Shown one piece after another: positions 45,460 through 54,680 of a stretch of 64,000 bases of DNA; position 1 is the stretch's first letter, and each line of letters starts with the position of its first letter. Made by a program: the position numbers and the translations under genes. Below the pieces are notes generated by a model, which had not been told where the DNA came from, ran no database searches, and was given only the letters and a program-made list of their open reading frames with translations. This DNA is from Gammaproteobacteria bacterium (lineage in GTDB: Bacteria; Pseudomonadota; Gammaproteobacteria; Steroidobacterales; Foliamicaceae), in assembly GCA_026708965.1 (NCBI GenBank), contig JAPOTY010000021.1:80182-144181 (forward strand), read 5' to 3'.

Positions 45460-46608
45460 ATGACGACAAATGATGATCTATCTGTTCTTAACGAGAAGCC
45501 CTTTTCGACAGCAGTAGAGAAATTCGAGAAACTTCTGATTCAAACCGACCGTGCATTCTTGATAGGTGCTGGCTGTAGCAAGTGCGCGGGATTGCCCCTA
45601 ACCCACAGACTTACGGAAATCTCTACTGAGAGCGACAAATTAGACAAGTCTAGCAAGGAAATCCTTTCAGATATCAAGGGACTTTTCGGTAACGGGAAGG
45701 ATGCCCAAATTGAGGACTTTCTGAGCGAGTTAGTGGATATGCTTGCAATTGCAGAACGTAGAGTTGAACGAGAAGCCTCGCAAAAAAAGGTGCTAATAGG
45801 CGGGAAGCTGTACTCGGCAAAGCAATTGCGCACTGCCGCTCATCAAATCAAACAAAGCATTTCTAAGGCCTTCGAGGGAGACGTCGGTGTCAAAACCCAT
45901 CGAGCGTTCGTTCGTGCGGTGCATCGACCTGTCCGCGTAGGTAAAGCTGTTCCGAGGCCCATTGTGGATTACCTCGTGCTTAACTACGACAAGCTCATTG
46001 AAGATGCTTTAGGGCTGGAGCGCATTCCTTATTCGGACGGCATTGATGGTGGCGTAACCGGTTGGTGGAGCCCAGACACGTTTGATCGCGACAATTTGGA
46101 GGCACGTGTTTTTAAGCTTCACGGCTCAGTGGATTGGTATGAAGCAGCCAAAGATTCATGCCCTAGACGAATTGCGCCAAACCTCAAACTTGAAGAAATG
46201 CAGGATAAGAGAATTTTGATCTGGCCAGCCTCCACAAAGTATCGAGAAGCGCAATTGGATCCTTTTGCTCAATTGGCAGAACGAGCACGTCGCGTAATAC
46301 GTCCTTCTCCTGGATCACAGCGCGTTCTTGTGATATGCGGGTACTCCTTCCGCGACGCGCACATAAACATCGAAATTGACAAAGCACTCCGCGATTCTGT
46401 AGGAAACTTGACTGTGATCGTGTTCAGTAGCGAGGACGAACCTGTTGGCCAGTTGAAAGGTTGGAATGAGGCTGTCGAAATTCGGGACCAAGTGCTTATA
46501 TTCGCAAAACGCGGATTCTTTCATGGGGATGAGTCAAATTGCTCGGCTCAAGACCTGCCTTGGTGGAAATTTGAAAACTTCGTGCGTTTGCTTGGGGGCG
46601 AGCGATGA
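45460..46608 (+). CDS. SIR2-family NADase-like protein (SIR2-HerA defence system component)
   Basis: ORF 45418..46608 trimmed to Met15 (ggagg SD). FLIGAGCSKCAGLP, LNYDKLIE, FKLHGSVDW. ATGA overlap with the downstream HerA-like ATPase. Confidence 0.8.
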   Translation: MTTNDDLSVLNEKPFSTAVEKFEKLLIQTDRAFLIGAGCSKCAGLPLTHRLTEISTESDKLDKSSKEILSDIKGLFGNGKDAQIEDFLSELVDMLAIAERRVEREASQKKVLIGGKLYSAKQLRTAAHQIKQSISKAFEGDVGVKTHRAFVRAVHRPVRVGKAVPRPIVDYLVLNYDKLIEDALGLERIPYSDGIDGGVTGWWSPDTFDRDNLEARVFKLHGSVDWYEAAKDSCPRRIAPNLKLEEMQDKRILIWPASTKYREAQLDPFAQLAERARRVIRPSPGSQRVLVICGYSFRDAHINIEIDKALRDSVGNLTVIVFSSEDEPVGQLKGWNEAVEIRDQVLIFAKRGFFHGDESNCSAQDLPWWKFENFVRLLGGER

Positions 46609-48365
46609 ATTCACAACACCGTAATGCTGGCGATCCAATCCAAAACTTGGCCATAGGCAAGATAATTGAGGTGGACGGTTCCCGGATTGTCGCCGAACTG
46701 GATCCGGGGCTGACAGAACTGTCTCGTGTCTATGCAGGAGAGATGTATCCGATCGGGCAATTTGGATCCATCGTGCGAATTCATTTCGGTCGCAGGCTGA
46801 TCTACGCGCTAGTGGGACGTCTCCGAATGAAGGCGGAGTACGAGGCGGAGCGTGGGGCAATGCCCCGAGCTACATCAGACGAGAGAATTGTTGAAGCCGA
46901 CTTGTTTGGGGAGGGCGAGTGGACACACGACGATTCGGGCAAAAGGAATCTGCATTTCGAGCGTGGAATCGCGACGTATCCCTTGCCTCAGCAGACGGTA
47001 TATCTCACGCCGAAAGAGGAACTGCGGTCCATATACGGCCATTTCAAGGGATCGGTGATCCAGATTGGGGAACATGTGGGGATGGGGGGTGCACCTTGCT
47101 TGGCGGATCTAAATGAGCTGCTTGGAAAGCATACGGCCATACTGGGTTCCACTGGTGCTGGAAAATCAGCTGCGGTCGCAGCAATTGTGCATAGTTTGGT
47201 AGATCGCGGTAAGGACGAGACCTATGAGGAATGGAAACCACAGGTCGTCATCTTGGATCCGCACAATGAGTATGGCACCGCCTTCGAGGGACACAAGAGA
47301 CTTTCGACAGATGAAGGGACTCTATCGCTGCCTTACTGGCTTCTGGATCTTGATGAAACGATTGGACTGCTGATCGGAAAGACTGAATATGCGGCGACAT
47401 CGCAAGCCAATATAGTCAAGAATGCTTTACTGAAGGCCCGTTCCGACGCTGCGGGAAACGAACTCGGACTTGACCCCAATAAATTAACAGTGGATTCGCC
47501 AGTCCCCTATGTCCTTGGTAACCCGACCGGGCTGGACGAGTTTGGAAAAAAAGTAAATGGGGAAAATTACGATGTTGGCCTTGTCGGTGCCATCAACGCA
47601 CAGCGCCCGAATAATAAAAATAAGAAGGATCATGAAGACTGTAACAAGGTCCTCAGAAAACTCGATTCATTGCTCAAGGATGACCGACTGTCTTTTATGA
47701 TGGAGGGGTGGGAAGGTGGTGACGATCCAATGCCATCGGTATTAGCTCAGATTCTGGGCGATGACCACTTAGTGAGAATTGTTGATTTGTCCGGTGTGCC
47801 GAACGAAGTGGCCGGAACCGCTAGCGCGGTCATCGCCCGGACATTGTTCTCTATGAAGATTTGGCAAAGTGTGAAGGAGCGTGAGGCGAGTCCCATGTTG
47901 CTCGTGTGCGAAGAGGCGCACCGGTATGTGCCCAATAGTGGTGAAGCCCAATACGAGGCAGCGCAAAGTGCAATTAAGCGAATTGCCAAAGAGGGGCGGA
48001 AGTACGGAATCGGACTTTTTCTTGTTTCACAGCGCCCAAGCGAAGTGGAGGCGACCGTGCTTTCGCAGTGCAATTCTTGGATTGTCCTGCGAATTACTAA
48101 CGAGGCGGATCGGGCGCATGTTCGTGGGGTTCTTCCCGATTCGATGGAGGGATTGACCAAAATGCTGTCCGGCCTTCGGCGACAGGAGGCGATCTTCGTT
48201 GGACAAGCGGCAATGCTCCCGTCCCGAATCATGATTCGAGCTCTTGATGATGACCAGCTTCCCAGATCAAGCGACATTGACTTCGATAAGGGCTGGCAAA
48301 CTCAGGGGATGTCGGAGGAAGCGCTTAAGATGGTGTCTGATCGCTGGAGGTGTCAGAAGCGCTAA
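46605..48365 (+). CDS. herA: HerA/FtsK-like ATPase (SIR2-HerA defence system component)
   Basis: 586 aa. Walker A ILGSTGAGKSAAV, Walker B MLLVCEEAHRYVP, LFLVSQRPSEV. Confidence 0.85.
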   Translation: MNSQHRNAGDPIQNLAIGKIIEVDGSRIVAELDPGLTELSRVYAGEMYPIGQFGSIVRIHFGRRLIYALVGRLRMKAEYEAERGAMPRATSDERIVEADLFGEGEWTHDDSGKRNLHFERGIATYPLPQQTVYLTPKEELRSIYGHFKGSVIQIGEHVGMGGAPCLADLNELLGKHTAILGSTGAGKSAAVAAIVHSLVDRGKDETYEEWKPQVVILDPHNEYGTAFEGHKRLSTDEGTLSLPYWLLDLDETIGLLIGKTEYAATSQANIVKNALLKARSDAAGNELGLDPNKLTVDSPVPYVLGNPTGLDEFGKKVNGENYDVGLVGAINAQRPNNKNKKDHEDCNKVLRKLDSLLKDDRLSFMMEGWEGGDDPMPSVLAQILGDDHLVRIVDLSGVPNEVAGTASAVIARTLFSMKIWQSVKEREASPMLLVCEEAHRYVPNSGEAQYEAAQSAIKRIAKEGRKYGIGLFLVSQRPSEVEATVLSQCNSWIVLRITNEADRAHVRGVLPDSMEGLTKMLSGLRRQEAIFVGQAAMLPSRIMIRALDDDQLPRSSDIDFDKGWQTQGMSEEALKMVSDRWRCQKR

Positions 48366-48370
48366 GCTTC

Positions 48371-49231
48371 ATGTTTTCCGAGATTCTCGTTGAAATCACG
48401 CGCCTGTTTCCGCATAATGAGGTAGTCGAGCAATGGCTGATCGGCATTCGCTGGCCGGAAGGGATTTCCTGCCCGCATTGCGGGTCCGAAAATGTGCAGG
48501 AGAAAGCGAAGCATCCCACCATGCCGCACCGGTGCAGGTCCTGCCGGAAATTCTTTTCCGTGTGCACGGGCACCGTCATGCAGGCTTCCAACCTGGATTA
48601 TCAGTTTTGGGTCATCGTCATCTACCTGTTCTGCACTTTCCTCAAGAGCGTGTCCGGCATGAAGCTGTACCGCGATCTCGACATAACGCAGAAGTCCGCT
48701 TGGCACTTGGCGCACCGGCTCCGCAAGGCGTTCGCCCATGAGCCAAGCCTCTATTCCGGCCCGGTGGAAGTCGATGAGACCTACATAGGCGGCAGGAACA
48801 GGCACGCCCATAAGCGCCAGGAGCGGACGCAAGGCGGTTCAGGCGAGGTGATAGTCGCCGCCGCGAAGGACCGCGCCACGCAGCAAATTAGCGCCGCCAT
48901 TTTGCCGAACATCGAGGCCGGGACGCTTAACGGCTTCGTTGCCGGGCGCGCCAAGCATGACGCGACGATCTACACGGACGACCACCCCTCCTGCCGCAAG
49001 CTCCCCTACCGGCACGAGGCCGTCAAGCACTCCGTGAGCGAATACGTGCCCGGGCAGGCCCTCGTGAACGGCATCGAATCGTTCTGGGCCTTGCTCAAGC
49101 GTGGCTACCACGGCACCTTCCACCATTTCAGCCACAAGCACTTGAAGCGGTACGTGTGCGAGTTCGCCGCCCGCTACAACATCCGCGAGCTAGACACGCT
49201 TATGCAGATGCCTTCGTCGTCTGTAGCATGA
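48371..49231 (+). mobile_element. IS1595-family (ISXO2-like) transposase gene; no terminal repeats identified
   Basis: N-terminal zinc ribbon RWPEGISCPHCGS...HRCRSCRKFFS, DDE region VEVDETYIGG...IYTDDH..Y. GC visibly higher than the flanking SIR2/HerA and Dcm genes. Confidence 0.8.
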
Positions 49232-49247
49232 CCGTCAAAAGGCTGAA

Positions 49248-50204
49248 GTGCAAAAACCTGATCGCGTGAGGTTGGCCTCGTTCTTTGCCGGGATCGGAGG
49301 CTTCGATCTTGGTTTTGAGCGCGCTGGCGCCGAGGTTGTTTTTCAGTGCGAAATCAGCGCACATTGCCAGCACATTTTACGCAGGCATTGGCCTGACATC
49401 GCAATGCATGGCGACATAAGGACGCTCCATGAAACAAGCATCCCTGAATCAGATGTATGGTCGGCAGGATTTCCATGCCAGGACCTCTCTCTGGCCCGAA
49501 TGGGGCCGCGCTCTGGGCTTCGAGGGAACCAATCTGGGCTCTTTTTTGAGTTTGTGCGGCTCGTTCGAGCGCGTCGTCCAGCAACAATTGTGCTCGAAAA
49601 CGTGCATGGCCTTCTCTCTAGCCACGGAGGACGAGACTTCGCCATCGTACTCAAGGCGCTGGATGAACTCGGGTATGGTGTCGCATGGCGTGTGTTTAAC
49701 AGCAAAGACTTTGGAATCCCCCAGCAACGCCGCCGCGTCTTCATTGTTGCCATGCATAGAGACCGAGGAAATCCCGGAGAAATACTTTTTGAGCCGGAAT
49801 GCGGCAATTGGCATTATAAGAAGGGTCGACCAAATGAAAAGAAACCTCCCTCCCTCTTTCAGAAAATCATTGGAAATCCTGTCAGGGGGCCGCTCGTAAA
49901 AAGCATTGCCCACTGCATCTATGCGGAGTCTGCGCGGCATACAGGAACTGACTGGTCGCGCAATTATGTTTGGTACCCCGATGGCCGTGTGCGCCGTTTC
50001 ACGCCATTGGAAGTTGAGCGGGCACAAGGATTCCCTGATGGCTGGACCGACCTTCAGGGTCGCGCTGGCGTTGTTTCCGCTAGGGTGGATAGTTTGCGCT
50101 ACCACGCGGTCGGAAACTCCGTCACTCCTGCTGTCGCGGAATGGCTTGCTCGCCGAATGATGGGCTTTCTTAGATCGCAGGACATTGAGCGCGTCGCCGC
50201 ATGA
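49248..50204 (+). CDS. DNA (cytosine-5)-methyltransferase
   Basis: 318 aa, GTG start. Motif I FAGIGGF, motif IV GFPCQDLS, ENV, QQRRRVFIV, motif X GNSVTPAV. Confidence 0.92.
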   Translation: MQKPDRVRLASFFAGIGGFDLGFERAGAEVVFQCEISAHCQHILRRHWPDIAMHGDIRTLHETSIPESDVWSAGFPCQDLSLARMGPRSGLRGNQSGLFFEFVRLVRARRPATIVLENVHGLLSSHGGRDFAIVLKALDELGYGVAWRVFNSKDFGIPQQRRRVFIVAMHRDRGNPGEILFEPECGNWHYKKGRPNEKKPPSLFQKIIGNPVRGPLVKSIAHCIYAESARHTGTDWSRNYVWYPDGRVRRFTPLEVERAQGFPDGWTDLQGRAGVVSARVDSLRYHAVGNSVTPAVAEWLARRMMGFLRSQDIERVAA

Positions 50205-51211
50205 CTGTCTCAGTTCGGTGGCGACCGTCCGGCGGCAGGGGCGAATTCGAGTTTGTGCCTGCACATTCCCTAGAAGACCGGGATATAAGCGTTGATTTCG
50301 GGGCATTGAACATCCTTATGAAGGCGGAGGTGCTCGGAAGGCATCTGCAAGGAAAACCCAGGCTCAGAAAGCACGAAAGAAACAACCGGTCCAAACTTCA
50401 CCTTCCACAGCTCGTAATGGCCGTATCGGGTCTCCCTGAGCCAGCTAGGGAAGACAAGGGAGATGACATTCAATTCCCCTTGGAAAACGGCCAATTCGTC
50501 ATGGACAGCATGGATTTCGAAGTCATCGAGGATGATGGCATGTCCGTGGTTCTAGCACCTTTGTGTGTGTCAATCCTTCGGAGCGACACAGAAATCAACT
50601 TGCAAGACCGGCTTCGCGGAATTTCTGAAGACTGGAAGCAAGTGGATCAGATTCGGGAGCATGGCGGCAAGCTCGCCGCCTGCATCCTTGCACATAAGAA
50701 GCAAGTCGAGCAGGGAGTAAATTCCCGCTCGATCAGGCGGGCCGCTGACAATTTGATTGGAGAAAAAACGAACCTTTTTGGCCACACTAATGCCGGGTCG
50801 GCAAGCTCGCTCATTGAGACTGGATCAAGGCCGGAAGTGGATATTGAGGCGATAGCCGGACGGGAGGGAAGGTTGTTGGCCCGCCTTCATGTTTACCGCG
50901 AGCGGGACAAGGCCTTCTCAAAAAGAGTGCGCGATTACTATTTGTCGAAAGGCAATGGGAAAATCGAATGCAATGCTTGCAGAGAGTTCCCTGTGAATAT
51001 ATACGGTCCTTTGGGGCACTCCGCGATAGAGGTGCATCACAAGATACCGATAGAGGAGTTGCAGCCGGACACAGTTACAACCCTAGCCGAAATGGCGGTC
51101 TTGTGCGCTAACTGCCATCGCGTGGTTCACTCAAAGCGCCCTTGTCTTTCAGTTGAAGATGTTGGCGGTTTGGTAGCTTCGCAACGAACGCAAGGAGGAA
51201 TGAGCCTGTGA
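50201..51211 (+). CDS. HNH endonuclease with uncharacterised about 230-aa N-terminal domain (probable restriction partner of the adjacent methyltransferase)
   Basis: 336 aa. ATGA overlap with the methyltransferase stop. C-terminal HNH CNAC...IEVHHKIPI...LCANCHRVVH. Confidence 0.8.
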   Translation: MTVSVRWRPSGGRGEFEFVPAHSLEDRDISVDFGALNILMKAEVLGRHLQGKPRLRKHERNNRSKLHLPQLVMAVSGLPEPAREDKGDDIQFPLENGQFVMDSMDFEVIEDDGMSVVLAPLCVSILRSDTEINLQDRLRGISEDWKQVDQIREHGGKLAACILAHKKQVEQGVNSRSIRRAADNLIGEKTNLFGHTNAGSASSLIETGSRPEVDIEAIAGREGRLLARLHVYRERDKAFSKRVRDYYLSKGNGKIECNACREFPVNIYGPLGHSAIEVHHKIPIEELQPDTVTTLAEMAVLCANCHRVVHSKRPCLSVEDVGGLVASQRTQGGMSL

Positions 51212-51387
51212 CCAAGAAACCCAAGCCCCTAGTCCTCAAGCCTAAGACCTATCAGCCGAGCAAGGCGGAGCTTGAGGAGGAGATCAGCCTGCTGATCCCC
51301 GGCAAGGATGTTCACGAGCGCGCCCGCAACCTCGCCCGCGCTGTCCTGCAACCCGTGGAAATCAAGGCCAGCGAGTTCGCCAAGTAG
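51208..51387 (+). CDS. 59-aa Lys/Glu-rich hypothetical ORF (doubtful)
   Basis: Own translation from a GTG overlapping the HNH stop (GTGA): VTKKPKPLVLKPKTYQPSKAELEEEISLLIPGKDVHERARNLARAVLQPVEIKASEFAK. Below the ORF-track size cutoff. Confidence 0.3.
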   Translation: MTKKPKPLVLKPKTYQPSKAELEEEISLLIPGKDVHERARNLARAVLQPVEIKASEFAK

Positions 51388-51576
51388 CTTCAAGCCCCGA
51401 TCTACTGGTTACTATCCGATATAACTCCCAAATTTTTCGCATATATGGTCCACTTTCCCGTCGGTGGCGCGTTGGCGGGGCACCAGCCCTAGCCAGGCCG
51501 GCAGCTCCCGCTGACGCGAGCACGCTGTGTTGCGGTAGAATGGTGGGCCGTTCGGCGATCCGCCGGGGAGCAGCAC

Positions 51577-51813
51577 ATGTCACGCGTATGCCAGATTACC
51601 GGGAAGCGGCCCATGTCGGGCAACACCGTTTCGAAAGCGCATAACAAGCGGCGGCGGCGCTTTCTGCCCAATTTGCACATCCGTCGCTTTTGGGTCGAAA
51701 GCGAGAAGCGCCACGTGAAGCTGAGGGTTTCGCGCAAGGGCCTGAAAATTATTGATCGGGACGGCATCGACCGCGTGCTGGCCGACCTTCGCGCGGCGGG
51801 AGAGCGCGTTTAG
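51577..51813 (+). CDS. rpmB: 50S ribosomal protein L28
   Basis: 78 aa, [32 protein letters not shown]. Confidence 0.95.
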   Translation: MSRVCQITGKRPMSGNTVSKAHNKRRRRFLPNLHIRRFWVESEKRHVKLRVSRKGLKIIDRDGIDRVLADLRAAGERV

Positions 51814-51830
51814 GGACGGAGAACAGGGCA

Positions 51831-51986
51831 ATGAGACAAAAAATCAGACTGATATCCAGCGCCGGCACCGGCCATTTCTACACCACCACCAAGAATGCCA
51901 AAACCCATCCCGAGAAGATGGAAGTCAGGAAGTACGATCCCCGCGCCCGCAAGCACGTGACCTACAAGGAAGGCAAGATCAAGTAG
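51831..51986 (+). CDS. rpmG: 50S ribosomal protein L33
   Basis: Own translation (below the ORF-track cutoff): [51 protein letters not shown]. Confidence 0.93.
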   Translation: MRQKIRLISSAGTGHFYTTTKNAKTHPEKMEVRKYDPRARKHVTYKEGKIK

Positions 51987-52027
51987 GCTGGATAGCGCCG
52001 GGTCGGGCCACGCCAGGCGCCGCGGCC

Positions 52028-52726
52028 CTACAGCGCCCCTAGCCGGGCCAATGAGGTGCAGCCATCGTGTCCCACGATGAAATGATCCAGCACCCGCACA
52101 TCGATCAGATCCAGGGCCTTGCGGATGCGCTGGGTAATCAGGTGGTCGGCCTGGCTGGGCTCGGCCACCCCCGAGGGATGGTTATGGGCCAGGATCACGG
52201 CGGCCGCGTTCCTTTCCATCGACCGCCGGACGATCTCGCGCGGATACACCATGGCGCTGTCGAGGGTGCCGTGAAATACTTCCTCGAAGGCCAGCACCCG
52301 GTTGCGGCAATCCAGAAACAGGCAGCAGAAGGTTTCGTAGCGCCGGTCGCGCAACCGCGCCAGAAGGAAACGCTCGCTGTCCGCCGAATTATGCAGCCGC
52401 CGCCCGGTCGTGATTTTCTCCTTAAGCGCCCTTGTGCAGCACTCGCGGGCGGCCGCCAGCAGGGCCGTCTTCGCTGCGCCGATTCCCCGCACCTTGGCCA
52501 GTTCGCGCGGGGTGGCGGCCAGCACGCGGCTGAGGCTGCCGAAACGCAGCAACAGCTCCTGCGCCAGCTCCAGCGCCGACATGCCGCCGCTGCCCGACCC
52601 GATCAGAATGCAGAGCAGGTCGGCATCCGAAAGGTTGTCCGCGCCGTTCGTCAACAGTCGCTCCCTAGGGCGCTGGCTGCTGGGCCATTGGCTAATCCTT
52701 GAACCGCCCATGCGGCCAGTTTGCAT
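52028..52726 (-). CDS. radC: RadC-family JAMM-motif protein
   Basis: ORF 52028..52822. QRPRERLL..GA..LSDADLLCILIGSG, JAMM motif ILAHNHPSG. Start uncertain (Met33 at 52726 or Met38 at 52711). Confidence 0.85.
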   Translation of the reverse strand: MQTGRMGGSRISQWPSSQRPRERLLTNGADNLSDADLLCILIGSGSGGMSALELAQELLLRFGSLSRVLAATPRELAKVRGIGAAKTALLAAARECCTRALKEKITTGRRLHNSADSERFLLARLRDRRYETFCCLFLDCRNRVLAFEEVFHGTLDSAMVYPREIVRRSMERNAAAVILAHNHPSGVAEPSQADHLITQRIRKALDLIDVRVLDHFIVGHDGCTSLARLGAL

Positions 52727-52820
52727 CCGCTGGAGCGCGCCGCAAAGATCGAATGACGGCGTGTTTGCATAGATTTGGCTTTTTATCCGGCCGTTTTCGC
52801 GGGGATAATGGGCCGCAACC

Positions 52821-54056
52821 ATGAACAGCCTAGCGAAAAAACGGATACTGCTTTGCGTGAGCGGCAGCGTGGCGGCCTATCGCGCCCCGGAGCTGGCGCG
52901 GCGTTTGGGCGAGCAGGGGGCGGAGGTTCGGGCCATTCTGACCGAAGGCGCCACGAAGCTGATTTCGCCGCTGCTGATGCAGGCCGTCACCGGCGCGTCG
53001 GCCCGCACCGCGCTATGGGACGAAGCGGCCGAGGCCGCGATGGGCCATATCGAACTGGCGCGCTGGGCCGACTGCATCGTGATCGCGCCGGCCACGGCCA
53101 ACACGATTGCCCGGCTTGCGCGCGGCGAGGCTTGCGACCTGGTGAGCACGGTATGCCTGGCGGCCGATGCTCCGCTGCTGGTGGCGCCGGCGATGAACCG
53201 CAACATGTGGAGCCATCCGGCCACGCAGGAGAACTGCGCGATCCTGCGCCGCCGCGGCGTGAGCTTGGTTGGCCCCGACCACGGCGGGCAGGCCTGCGGC
53301 GATGTAGGCGAAGGGCGCATGAGCGACGTGTCCGAAATCGCCGCTGCGGCGGCGGAGGCCGCCGACCGCTCCTTGCGGCTGGCGGGGCAGCGGGTGCTGA
53401 TTACGGCGGGCCCCACGCGCGAGCCCATCGACCCGGTGCGCTACCTTTCCAACCACAGCAGCGGCGCCATGGGCTTTGCGCTGGCCGCCGCCGCCGCGCG
53501 GGCTGGCGCCGCAGTCGATCTGGTGGCCGGCCCCACAGCAGCGGTGACGCCGCCCAAGGTGGATCGCTTCGATGTGGTGACCGCCGAGGATATGCTGGCG
53601 GAAGTGATGCGCCGCGTGCCGGATTGCAGCATCTTTATTGCCTGCGCGGCCGTTGCCGACTATGCGCCGGCCCGCTACAGCCAAAGCAAGCAAAAGCGGT
53701 CGGATTCCGCCGTACGTCTGGATCTCAGGCCCTCCCCCGATATCCTCGCCAGCGTCGCGAAGCGGCCAAACCCGCCTTTTCTCGTGGGTTTCGCCGCCGA
53801 GACCGAGGATGTTCAAGGCCGCGCCCGCAGCAAGCTCGATTCCAAGGGAGTGGACATGGTGGTGGGCAACCAGGTTGGCGGCGGGCGCGGTTTCGGCGAT
53901 GTGGAAACATCGGCCTGGGTCGTTTGGAAAGGCGGCGGCAAACGCATCGGTCAATGCGCCAAGCCGGAACTGGCCCGGCAACTGGTGGATCTGATCGCAC
54001 AGCGCATGGGCTTGGGCAAAGTGGCGCTGCTGAGAACCGGAAGCCAGGCGCGGTGA
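52821..54056 (+). CDS. coaBC: bifunctional phosphopantothenoylcysteine decarboxylase / phosphopantothenate-cysteine ligase
   Basis: 411 aa. ILLCVSGSVAAYRAPEL, IAPATANTIARLA.G, PAMN..MW, ITAGPT.EPIDPVR.LSN.SSG. Confidence 0.93.
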   Translation: MNSLAKKRILLCVSGSVAAYRAPELARRLGEQGAEVRAILTEGATKLISPLLMQAVTGASARTALWDEAAEAAMGHIELARWADCIVIAPATANTIARLARGEACDLVSTVCLAADAPLLVAPAMNRNMWSHPATQENCAILRRRGVSLVGPDHGGQACGDVGEGRMSDVSEIAAAAAEAADRSLRLAGQRVLITAGPTREPIDPVRYLSNHSSGAMGFALAAAAARAGAAVDLVAGPTAAVTPPKVDRFDVVTAEDMLAEVMRRVPDCSIFIACAAVADYAPARYSQSKQKRSDSAVRLDLRPSPDILASVAKRPNPPFLVGFAAETEDVQGRARSKLDSKGVDMVVGNQVGGGRGFGDVETSAWVVWKGGGKRIGQCAKPELARQLVDLIAQRMGLGKVALLRTGSQAR

Positions 54057-54086
54057 CCCGGGGGGCATGCAGGCATTGCGCGGGCG

Positions 54087-54593
54087 ATGCCGGGTGGCTG
54101 TGCTGCGCGCAGGGAGTTCGGCGCGGTGAATGAGTCGGCGAAGCAGTCCGGTTATCCGATACAAATACGCATTCTCAACGAGAAGGCCCGCCCGCCCCGC
54201 TACGAGACGCAGGGATCCGCAGGCATGGACCTGCGCGCTTGCCTGGATGCTCCGCTCACGCTGGAGCCCGGCGAAACCCGGCTGATCCACACCGGCATCG
54301 CGCTGCATATCGCCGACCCCGAGGTGGCTGCGGTGATCCTGCCGCGCTCCGGCCTCGGCCACAAGCACGGCGTGGTGCTGGGAAATCTGGTGGGGCTGAT
54401 CGATTCCGACTATCAGGGCGAAATCATGATGTCCTGCTGGAACCGGGGCGATACCCCTTTCGTGATCGAAGACGGCATGCGCGTGGCCCAGCTGGTGCTG
54501 CTGCCGATCAAACATGCCCGTTTTGAGGTGGTTGAGACGTTCGCCGCTTCGCGCCGCGGCGCCGGCGGCTTCGGCCACACCGGCAGCGCCTGA
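54087..54593 (+). CDS. dut: dUTP diphosphatase
   Basis: [45 protein letters not shown]. The start may instead be GTG at 54126, giving 155 aa. Confidence 0.9.
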   Translation: MPGGCAARREFGAVNESAKQSGYPIQIRILNEKARPPRYETQGSAGMDLRACLDAPLTLEPGETRLIHTGIALHIADPEVAAVILPRSGLGHKHGVVLGNLVGLIDSDYQGEIMMSCWNRGDTPFVIEDGMRVAQLVLLPIKHARFEVVETFAASRRGAGGFGHTGSA

Positions 54594-54680
54594 CCTATTG
54601 GGATTTTTTCGCAGCCGCAGCCTCGAAGCGCCGTCGTTGGTTGGCTGCGGGAGCTGGAAGCCCTCGTTCCAAGGGTGGAA

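Noticed and set aside
51388-51576. Search for a direct repeat of the tRNA-Asn 3' end at the rpmB-proximal end of the 44.7-51.4 kb island
   Set aside because: Only ctggtt and ccggggagc recur. The latter is the rpmB Shine-Dalgarno region. There is no convincing att-like repeat.
53013-54578. 521-aa minus-strand ORF. The same applies to 58552..60234, 59825..60799, 14147..15415, 41702..43180 and 55173..56276.
   Set aside because: Each is antisense to, or out of frame with, a gene with strong motif support (coaBC/dut, amine oxidase/DUF1015, trpA, SSF symporter, crotonase). All are GC-rich frame artefacts.
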